DNA of 64,000 nt from Trypethelium eluteriae (lineage: Eukaryota), in assembly GCA_051942245.1 (NCBI GenBank), contig JAVECL010000042.1, positions 1-64,000 on the forward strand, given 5' to 3'. A program made the position numbers and the translations under genes. Every line of letters begins with the position of its first letter. The first letter of the stretch is position 1. This document shows, piece by piece, positions 1 through 9,637 of the stretch. The notes under the pieces are model-generated. The model was not told the DNA's origin, did not search any database, and worked only from the letters and a program-made list of their open reading frames with translations.

Positions 1-825
1 GGATGGGGGATGGGAAATGGAGGATGGAGGGAGCTGGATTGGGGATTGGGAAGTTGTGGATCAGGGGCTCGAGATGCGGAGGCTGACGATGTGTTGTGTA
101 GACTTGGTTGGTAGTCAGGGCTCAGGGTGAGTTGCCGGAACCAGAGGTGACTATCTGGAGGGTCACCCGAGGGATGTGGTGGCTTTGTTGTACGAGCGGT
201 TTGTCTGTCCTGCCATTGTAGAATAGGAGCAATAGGATTTGTTGTGAGTTTTGGCCAAATCTGCAGCGTGAAAATTGCCTCATTGCGTATCGACTGGCAA
301 GGTTCTGGACAAGGTCGGGATATTCACCGGGGATTGTCACGTAATCTTTATGTCCAAGGTACGAGTCGATGACTAATTTCCCATGCAGTAGTACTATTAA
401 AAAGAAAAAAAAGGAAAAGCGAACGAAAACGGTAAATACTGTAGAAAGAAGTACTACGATTGCGTGTAAGTATCAAGAAATTAGATTATCTAAAAAGCCA
501 GTAACAGAGCGGGCTTCTAGATCAAAAGTGTAGCTAAAGCAGCTAACCGTCCCACACAGTATAATTGGATGTGCCTACTTGTTAGAGTCCAATCTCGGAC
601 ACAGGGAAGATGAAATCAGTGAAAGAGTGTTCATTACCCACCTTTGATTCTACATACCTTTCTCAGATATAGCGTTAGTAAGGAAAAGAGGACTTGGGCT
701 GCGGCAGCAGCTTCATCCGTATCCGTGCCGTGATGAGTGACGACAAAGAAAAGGGCATTCTACACTGCATCGAACCAGTCGAATAAGTGAACTAGCCCAA
801 ACATCTTCCGAAACAACAGGCATCT

Positions 826-1953
826 TCACTTCTTCTGACTATGAGTTGCGTAGCATTGATAGAAATGCTGGGCCGTTAATCGCATGAGTGTCTTAGTGCA
901 CTCGGGGCGGAGTCTTCCTGCTGGAAAGACTGGAGTCTTCAAGTCAATGGTCTCCTGTTCCGTAAACCTAACCGACGAGCCTCTCGAGATTGACCAACCA
1001 TTAGCAGTTGTTGTGGGATCGATGGTCATAGGGTCATTCCCTCCATACCGCTCTGTAGATGGATTACTCTGCTGTGTGCGGTATTCCTCTTCGCCCAAGA
1101 TCGCGACGTGCTCTTGCTGTTTCTCCCGTGGCATTCCGATGATTCCTCTGCCGTTGTAACTGTAAATGGGGAGTACTATCATGTGATCGTAATTGAATGC
1201 GAATACTACAAACGGTCGCACCTTGACGATCAGTGGACCGTACTCGGTATCCACACGGTACTTATCACCTACCTGTATAGATTTGTCGAGCAAAGGTTTC
1301 ACCCACTGGGCTAGAATGATAGTACCGGGCTCACATCTCGATCGCTTGAGAGTGGGACAATGAAGCCACCCTCTCGCCTCAGGGAAGCGGTCTTGAACAT
1401 GTCGCGCGGCTCCGGTAGGACGGAAAGTGAACTCGGCATTCTGCCAATCTCTAGGAACGCTTGTGCGCTGGCTCTTACGACTGGTAAACATATCTGCGTT
1501 TTCCGAGCTTCGTTGACGTTTCTTGGACAGAATGCTGTAATCTGGAATGTAGGAATCTGTTCTAGAATGGGGTGATGCCATGTAATCCGGAATTTGGGAG
1601 TTCGTTCTTTGATGAGGAGGTACCACGTAATCTGGAACATAAGAGTCAGTTCTAGAATAGCAAGATGCGACGCTCGAATACCGTGCAACGAGAGCGTCCC
1701 GGCTTGGTGCGGCATCTCCAGCCAGCTCAGTATTTCCCTCAAGTCGCGCACGCTTGGGATTGATAGGCTCAACATTTAATTGTGAGCCTTGTCGATTCCA
1801 GATCGACTCAGGCTGCGTCTTGGGCAATCGTGCGACATTCCTTTTTTTCCCTTTCAAGGACCCAATGTGAGATGGAGGCTTTGCGACCATGCTCTTGATA
1901 TTGACCTGCCTCTTAAGAACTTCGCCTTGGAAATGTGATCCGTTGCTAGTCAT
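826..1953 (-). CDS. DUF6590-like protein: low-complexity N-terminus plus a C-terminal domain with PemK/MazF-like motif spacing
   Basis: Open frame 826..2121; likely ATG at 1953 (MTSNGSHF). C-terminal GPLIVKVRPFVV...VLPIYSYNGRG...SSVRFTEQETIDL...GRL matches my recollection of fungal DUF6590. Confidence 0.65.
   Translation of the reverse strand: MTSNGSHFQGEVLKRQVNIKSMVAKPPSHIGSLKGKKRNVARLPKTQPESIWNRQGSQLNVEPINPKRARLEGNTELAGDAAPSRDALVARYSSVASCYSRTDSYVPDYVVPPHQRTNSQIPDYMASPHSRTDSYIPDYSILSKKRQRSSENADMFTSRKSQRTSVPRDWQNAEFTFRPTGAARHVQDRFPEARGWLHCPTLKRSRCEPGTIILAQWVKPLLDKSIQVGDKYRVDTEYGPLIVKVRPFVVFAFNYDHMIVLPIYSYNGRGIIGMPREKQQEHVAILGEEEYRTQQSNPSTERYGGNDPMTIDPTTTANGWSISRGSSVRFTEQETIDLKTPVFPAGRLRPECTKTLMRLTAQHFYQCYATHSQKK
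1537..1660 (-). repeat. Coding tandem repeat, 45-nt period, about 2.8 copies (RTDSYVPDY / RTNSQIPDY / RTDSYIPDY)
   Basis: gtaatcyggaa recurs at 1537, 1582 and 1627. Confidence 0.85.
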
Positions 1954-2547
1954 GATGGCGAAAGTCGGAAATAAATTCGTGGCAAGGAAAACCCGGTCCG
2001 GATCGAATGGCCCGCTGGGTACTCGAGGGATCGTCGAAGTGAGGAATAGAGAGAGATTAGAGTCGAGATGAAACAGTACTAAACCCAAGTTTCTTCGAAC
2101 AATAATATACAAGTGTTTCATCTTGATCGATCACTAAGCAACTTAGTGAAGCGTAGGGATTATGTGTTGCAGTGTTCGAGGCAACCTGCTTTGAAAGAAA
2201 GAGATCCATTCTTGACCAAACAAAGAATGTTGCAACCCGGTTGGACGCATGTATGCATTGTGTCCCAACACAAAGCCATTCTTAGAACTGCGGGCATGTA
2301 ATGCACAGAGGATTGATCATATCGACTGAGTAGCAGAACTTTTAGTTCTCTTGACTGAATCAGGTCATGATACCAGAAGGCATTCGCTAATGAGGCTTGC
2401 TGGAGTTGGACATAGCGAACTTAATTTAGAGTAGTAATAAAGAAGGCGGCACTAAGGAGTAAATGTGATCTGTGAATTTCAGGGTCTTACTGAAGTTTAG
2501 TGCAGTCTGGTCTTGCTATTGTAAACGACTCGACATTTGGCGTACCT

Positions 2548-5500
2548 CTAGCTTGGTCCACGTCCACTGCCGCCGCAAGCCTTGCAACGATCTCGTTCTG
2601 CATATGTACGCCCACTTCCTCGACAATTTCTACAGGTCTTCATGCGGCTTTTGCTTTCGCTCCATTTCTCTCCTAAGTTTTTGCATTCTGCGCATCGTAT
2701 TGAAGTTCCGCGGCGGCCTCCTCTTCCGTCGCACGTGAGACAAAAAGACTCGTCATCTTCACGATGGTAGTGGCGAGAAGATTTGCGAGCGTCGTCAGGA
2801 TGTGACGTGGAGGGGTTTAGACTTGATGATCGGGGTCTTCTCGAGGTCTCTGGCGGCTTCAAAGACGTATTGTCGGAAGTGCGCGGGTCAATTCCGTTAC
2901 TGATCGACTCTTCTTCAGCAGGGCGCTCTGGGTTACTCCTGGCCCTTCGTCGACCACTTGTGTGCTTGTCTGGCACGTCTAGCATTCCAACTTTGCGAGG
3001 AGTTGTCGATGTGACTTTTTGCGTATCACTAGCTTCTTTGTTTCTCCCGTCTCCGATATCAGCTTTGTTGCCCGTGAACTTGCTGCCCAGCATAGCACTG
3101 AATTCACGGCTAAAATCTCTCAAGTTCGGAACGTATTTGATCAGATTTTGGAAGAGATGGAGATCCTTATCCAAGTATTTCTCTGGTAAGCCGTTGGCAA
3201 AGCAGGTCTGTAGGAGCTTGACCCCTTTCAGCCCAGTCCATTCGCCTTCCGTTCCTTTTAGTAATAGCCATTTGCCCAAAACGGCTTGGTAGATCTTCCG
3301 ACGATCAGCTTCAGTAACGATACTCCCTTTGCTTGACTCGCTGTCCGCATCTGTCGCTTCATCCTGGGGACCCTTGCGCTTGCTCGGACTTCCTTGAATC
3401 TGTTCACGATTTTGACTGTTGTGAAGACCTCGCGTGAGGTATAGTCCTCGCACATCATAATCTTCAAGTATCGTTCGTATCTCGCGATTGCCACGCTCAG
3501 AAGCAAGATCCAGAAGTTCGTCGTAATTGTTGGTCAACCAAGCCCCCTTCTCAAGTAATAGCCGAGTCATATCAACGTCTTGCCGATTCACAGCCTGGTA
3601 AAGAGCGCTGATATATGTCCCACTTGTGAACAAATCTGCCTTTTTACCTAGCAAGAGTCGTACGATGCCTTCTTCTCCTTGCACTACGGCCGCCATTAAA
3701 GCCGTACCGTACTCGCCTCCTTCTGCGTTGACTTCGGCACCCTTCTTGAGCAAATACCATGCAGCGTCTTCGTTGTGGTAATGCGCTGCTGCCTGAAGCG
3801 GTGATCCGAATCTTGCAGAAGGCGCGTTGACATCGAAACCAGTTTGAAGCAGCTCTCGCATCGCACCTAGGTCGTTGTCGCAGATCATTTTCACAAGTTC
3901 ATCTCCACGCAATACGAATCGAATGCTCAGTATATCCGCTATATTCTGCTCCTCTGTCATCCAATGCCGAGATCGTGCGCCACAGAGTTTACTAAAGCTT
4001 TTGCTGTGGATAAAGGTGTCGGGATCCCAGCCGACTCTGGCTACGGTTGGATTTATTTCCTCCTCCGGAAAGTACGCGGTCGCGTCAATAGTCATCTTGT
4101 TCCCACCAGAAGTTACGATCTGTGCTCGGACATCTTTTCTGGAGTCGTATGTACGATCCCATTTTGAAACGGTATCGCGATCTTCTTGCTCTTCGGTGAA
4201 GAGGTGTTTGGGACCATCCCTCTCATACAGATGGTCAAGACAACACAAAGCTTCTCGTGTTAGTCCAAAAACCAGGAAACCTTGCACAATACTGCTGGGA
4301 TCTGTGCTGTCTCGCTTGAGCATCGGAAAGCTAAAGCCAGGTAACTTTACCCTCTGAAATCCTTTGAGCAGAGCAGGAGTCATGCATTCTGCGGCCCTTT
4401 CAATAGAGAAGTTACACTTAGCCCAATCACTTGAGTCCGTCATTATCCGCCTCCGCTGTTCTGAAGAGTAGACCCCTGTCGTCGACATGAGTGACTCGGC
4501 ATGTCGCTTTAGGATGCTTGGAAACATGAGGGAGCCGTATACAAACAGAGGCTTGCGTATCGCAGAAATTAAGTCGGTAAGTTCTGCTTTGCGAAATTGA
4601 TTCATAGAGGCTGGAGATGTACGATTAGCATCGTGAAAAGCCAATTCGTGCGCAAGGCAGACCTACCAAGGACGTATGATGGAACGTAGCTTGATTTGGG
4701 CACACGCGCAGATCCGAATGTAGTATCCTCTTTACCTATCACGCCAGGCATCTGCACACTAATCCTGGAAACGGGACCCTCTTGCCCTTCTTCTGTCCGC
4801 TTTACCTTCGTTGGCGACTGATGCTCTTGCCACTGTCTCTCGCTGAATCTACCAGATACGCCATCTCCATGAATAAATGCAGAGCGCTTGGTCCTTGGAT
4901 ATACTCTAGTAAATTGGCCCGTTTCAGAAGTCAAACGTAGCACCGAGTCTTCATCCAGCAAACGCGTCCAGCTATACTCGTGAACATCATGCTTCCTCCT
5001 CAGATGGCTTCGTAGTGACTGAGGTCCATCAAAATAAAGCATAGCAAGACCAGGAGGAGGCTTGCAATTTGGCCACGGACATGGAATTGAGTCTAAACGT
5101 GCCGGAGGAAGCATCCGACGTCTCTCTATGACGCGTCCAGCTCGCTCGGAAAGCTTTCTCTCCGTGACTGGCGTCCTTTGATGCTCGGCTGACTTCTGTT
5201 CTAACCGTTTGGCTGGTCTTAATTGGCTCTCGCTTTCCGACGGCAGAGGTACAGAAGGGTAGGAACTTGGCGCTGATCCATCATCGTCTAAGGTTGGCGG
5301 TATCGGCGCAACTCCATCCACGGACAGGCGCTCGGGTTCCGCGACAAGTGTAGTTGTCGTCAAATCAGCATCTTCAACAAAAGGAGCGAGGTAGTTACTT
5401 GTGCTTCCATCTCTGATCTGCTGTATGTCATCGGCCTTGTTGTCGTCTTCTGGATTATGAAGGTCAGGTGACTGTTCGTCGATCCACGTTCCAGGGTCTC

Positions 5501-7056
5501 CAGCAAGAGAGTCCAGCGAAACCCTGATTTTGAAGTTGCGGCAGCATTGACCGGCGTAATGGGGCGGGGTGCTGAAGTCAAAGATGGTCCGTACCAGAGT
5601 CTCGGAAGTCATGCGCCTATTCGGATCGTGGTCGCACATTCGCCGCACAAGACCAAGTGGTTGGCAATCTGGTGATTGTGAACTATCTAAAGTATAGTCG
5701 GCCCAGGAATCAATCATAGCGGAGCGGAGTTCTTCAATCCAGAGGCTTAGGGCTTCTGGATTGGAATAGACAAATTCTCGCTTAGAGCCATTCGTCAAAA
5801 AGAATGTCTTCATATCCCTTAGCGTTCGGTCGGCGAGGACAACAGCCATTTCCAGGAATACACAGCCAAGCGACCATATGTCGGCGGATTTATTACGTTT
5901 CTGCACGTATTCCATTAGACCAGCCGCCATATGGAAGAGAGGAGCCAACACAAACCTGAGAATGTATAACTTCCGGCGCAGAATAGCGTTGGGTGAAGGC
6001 CGATACAGTACCCTCAGTCGTGTCCGTATCGTCCTTAATCCACATACGAGAGGTCCCAAAGTCGGTGATGTATACTTTGGTGTCTTTTACAAGAATGTTC
6101 TGAGGCTTGATGTCCTTGTGTCGAATATTTTGCGAATGAAGGTAATCGACAGCGGAGGCTATGCAGCCGAAGAAATTCCTTAACAAGAACCTACGATCTT
6201 CTTGACCGTCCTTGTCAACTCTCGCAGTCATGAATTCAGCAAGATTCTGTTTTGCCACAGGAGTCATGAGAAGGCCAATTCCCTCATGGTCTGTGAACGA
6301 GCCGACCAACTGGACAATGTGTTTATGCGACAGGCGCTTGAGGCTCTGAAGCTCATTTTTGACAGCCTCTAGCCGCGATCGATCCGTCTCAAAGAAAGTA
6401 TGCCTTGGCATGCGCTTGAGTGCGAAATGCTTTGAGCTCAGGTTCCCGACTACCTCGTCTACAGTGGCAAACCCACCTTCACCAAGCCGACGAACTCGGC
6501 GAAAGTAGGTTTCTGCAGGCCCGTCGAGGTTTCGATGTTGACCTCCCTCCTCCAGATCGCCGGCGATATCGGCTGCTACTTCATCGAGAACGTTACTCTG
6601 ATAGCGGAGGAACTGTGAGCGGGCCTGTTTTGAGAATACATTTGGCAGATTCCCGTCCGAATACGGCAGGGCAATGTCTGACAGATCCTCAGCGATGAAT
6701 CCATCCATGGCCTCGACGTGGTCTATCATGTACAGCACGGTGAACGTTCGTGGTCGGTCAGCCCACGATCGTTTGCCCGCCATTTGGAGATAGTCGGAGA
6801 TGCTCTGGTAGTCTTGATTTCTCAATCGCCTGGGAGCTGTATCTTTGTCATCAAGCGGCGAGCCCAGAAGTTTCCGTAGAAAACCCTTAAGGTCATCACT
6901 GGAAATGGCATCTGAAGCACTCATGAGTAGATCCTGTTTCGGCCCTGGATTCATGTGGATTGCCGCATGGGCGCAGGCGTCGCTCGCAAGTCTCTTGAGT
7001 CCGGGCCCGCCAGATGTATTTCGTCCGTTGAATTTACGTCCTCCATGACTATACAT
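2548..7056 (-). CDS. About 1465-aa multidomain Ser/Thr kinase: kinase, C2H2-like finger, GGCT/AIG2-like domain, ankyrin repeats, DnaJ-type Zn finger
   Basis: Three ORFs join in frame via introns 5955-5901 (gtttgt..ctaat..cag) and 4666-4611 (gtaggt..ctaat..cag). Motifs: LGEGGFATV, ALKR, HKDIKPQN, DFG, YSAPE, DIWSLG; PLFVYGSLM (GGCT); GSPLQAAA/GTALMAAV (ankyrin); four CxxC(xGxG) units. The start could instead be 6954. Confidence 0.85.
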
Positions 7057-7897
7057 CACTAAGTACAGCTGAAAGTCAAGCCTGGTGTGATGATAATCGC
7101 TGGAGACTTGTGGACGAGGCGAACAAGCGAGCTGCACCTCTCAGATGATGTTCCAGAAAAGAACCTTGGAAGTTAGCTTGAAGTGTTGCGGAAGAGCGCA
7201 AATTTCGCATTAGCTAAATGGAGTGGCATTCGCTAAGAGATTGATGTTTTGTAAAGAGCGAGTACCATATCCTCTAGCGTCGCGACGCGCCCATCGCCAA
7301 CTTAGAGTAATCGGTGAGTGATAAGCGTGAACAGAAAGGCTGAAAGGCGCCATCTCGAAACGATCAGCTGAGGAATGGCGTGGCCGCCACATTGCGTAGT
7401 GTATGCCCCTACGATCAGCCTCGAGTTTGCCTAGCAAGAGACGAGAAGTCACGAAGGAGGCGTAAGTGGGGCCTAGTCTAGAGTAGGTACGTACGATACT
7501 GGCTAGCGTCTTGAACCCCACTTCATGTTTTGTTTACCTAAGATACAGGTACTCTGCTGCACTAGAGTAAGAGAAATTTCCAGTTGCGCTGCATGTCAAT
7601 GAGGGTTCGTTCTCGATTTGCAAATACACCCCAATCCTGAATACCACCGGAATGGCACCAAGAGTGGCCTTGTGTGGTTGATATTGCGCGCTACTCTATC
7701 CTGGAAGTTGCTGCATACTTACCTTACCCAAAATTCCCATCCGAGCGAGCGCGGTGTCACTGAGCTGAGCTGGCTGTTGTTTTCAAAAATTGTACCAAGG
7801 CGAATAGAGAAGGCCCCGGTACCAAGCTTGGCGTACCTGATGTAAAGTTGGCATCGTCATTGTCTATATCGGCTCAGGGTTTTCTTCAATCGCGGCG

Positions 7898-9637
7898 ATG
7901 GATCCAGTAACGGCCGCCGGCATAGGCCTCAGCGTAACATCTCTAGCACTCCAAGTATTTTCTGGATGCATCACAGGCTACCAGATGTTCATCGAGGCAA
8001 AAGATATGCCTGCGACCTACGAGCACCTACGGACTCGCCTGCGGATCGAGCAGACCAGATGCCTTAACTGGGGCGAGAAAGTCGGCTTACTGGAAGAGCT
8101 ACTTGACGAACCCAGTCAATTCCTTCAGCTCAACCACAATTTGATCTTGAACATCCTTCTCGAAGTACAAAAGGCTTTCCGATCTTGTATGGTTGTCACT
8201 AAGAAGTACGACCCAGTAGCGGCAGCCTCTTCCCGGAGCTCGGCTATCGCGATTTCCGAGAGCCATGGTTCGACCTTTCTCGAGAGGACATTGGCCGCTT
8301 GGAGAAAGGGTGGTCGCGTAGCTAGTAGGATTGAGTGGTCCGTGATTAAGAAAGATAGCTTTGAGGAGCTTATTAAGAAATTAATTCACTTCAACGATAG
8401 AATAGAATCTTTCCTAGATCGACGTACCCTGGATGATTTGAGGCAGGCTCAAGCACAGTCCAACCTCATGCTCCTCCAGGTAACGGAACAGGTCAGCCAG
8501 CTTCGTGATCTCATCGCTGCCGTTCGTCTGGAGCAGACTGCTGGACCCGACATGTCGCCATCTTTTTCCAGAGCATCAACATTCGTAGATCGAGACGACC
8601 AAATGCGATCGTTAGCTTCGCTGGCCGCGTTTAAAGCACATGCTTTGGAACTTGAGAAGGCCACAATGGAAGCACCAAATCTTGAAATTCAGATGAGCGA
8701 TCTCGTTTCCCTTGATCAATTGAGGGCAACGCGACCAGTTACCAAGCTCAAGGGGCGTTCGGTGTGGATCGAATGGAGGGAGACAATCGCAGACATTGAT
8801 GCAATGCCTAAGTATAAGAGGCAGTTGGCAGATCGGGTGAGGGCTCTTGCGACGATTCTGGCCTCACCCAGCAAATCGCCAACTTTTCGCTCGCCAGATT
8901 GCCTTGGATACTTCCTCGACGAAACAAGTAGACCGCAGAGATATGCTCTGGTGTATTCCTGGCCTCTCGGCGACAGTGATCTAGGAGCTGGGATTGCTTC
9001 GCTACGAGACGCGCTTGCATCGAGTACAAGAATATCACTGAACAGCCGCATATCCCTCGCTTGCCGCCTGTCGGAATCTCTGCTGCACCTTCATGCCGTG
9101 AACTGGCTACACAAGGGCTTTCGCAGCGACTGCGTCCTCTTTACTGCAGCAGGTGATCGAGACTTCATCCTTTCGGATGTCCTTATATCCGGCTTCGAGT
9201 TCTCTAGACCTGCACTTCCAGACGCGATGACCGTCACACATGTTTTTCCAGTCGAACAAGACTTGTACCGCCACCCTGATCTACTCGACCCGGAACCTGC
9301 GAGATCAAAGAAATCATATGACATTTATAGCCTTGGCCTAGTGTTGGCAGAGATTGCAATGTGGCAGCCGATCGAGGAGATCACCGGAATTGAGGTCCGA
9401 AGAAGTAGGCTATACCAGGTCAGGGAGCGCATGCTGGACGAGAAAACGGGGATATTTGATTCGATTGCCGAGCGGGTTGGAGACATCTATGCCAAGGTAG
9501 TCCGCCGGTGTATTAGCGGCGGCGAATCACTTGGTGTCGATATCGGAGCAGATGAGGAGGACCCCAAGGTCGGCGCTGAGATGCAAAAAATATTTCACGC
9601 TGAGATTGTATCGAAGCTGCGTGCACTGAAATTTTGA
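7898..9637 (+). CDS. HeLo (prion-inhibition) domain fused to a pseudokinase, 579 aa, intronless
   Basis: HeLo hallmarks MDPVTAAGIGLSV..., RLRIEQTRCLNWG, RIEWSVIKKDSFEELIKKLIHFND. Kinase-like C-lobe LHKGFRSDCVLF, SGFEFSRP, LYRHP, YDIYSLG lacking the catalytic residues. Confidence 0.9.
   Translation: MDPVTAAGIGLSVTSLALQVFSGCITGYQMFIEAKDMPATYEHLRTRLRIEQTRCLNWGEKVGLLEELLDEPSQFLQLNHNLILNILLEVQKAFRSCMVVTKKYDPVAAASSRSSAIAISESHGSTFLERTLAAWRKGGRVASRIEWSVIKKDSFEELIKKLIHFNDRIESFLDRRTLDDLRQAQAQSNLMLLQVTEQVSQLRDLIAAVRLEQTAGPDMSPSFSRASTFVDRDDQMRSLASLAAFKAHALELEKATMEAPNLEIQMSDLVSLDQLRATRPVTKLKGRSVWIEWRETIADIDAMPKYKRQLADRVRALATILASPSKSPTFRSPDCLGYFLDETSRPQRYALVYSWPLGDSDLGAGIASLRDALASSTRISLNSRISLACRLSESLLHLHAVNWLHKGFRSDCVLFTAAGDRDFILSDVLISGFEFSRPALPDAMTVTHVFPVEQDLYRHPDLLDPEPARSKKSYDIYSLGLVLAEIAMWQPIEEITGIEVRRSRLYQVRERMLDEKTGIFDSIAERVGDIYAKVVRRCISGGESLGVDIGADEEDPKVGAEMQKIFHAEIVSKLRALKF

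Noticed and set aside
1..340. Purine-rich edge sequence and a 72-aa minus-strand ORF
   Set aside because: May belong to a gene running off the window, but no frame or motif could be established.
7898..9637. Amyloid signalling motif (HET-s PFD, PP/RHIM-like) on either HeLo protein or the partner kinases
   Set aside because: No N/Q/G-rich pseudo-repeat termini seen.
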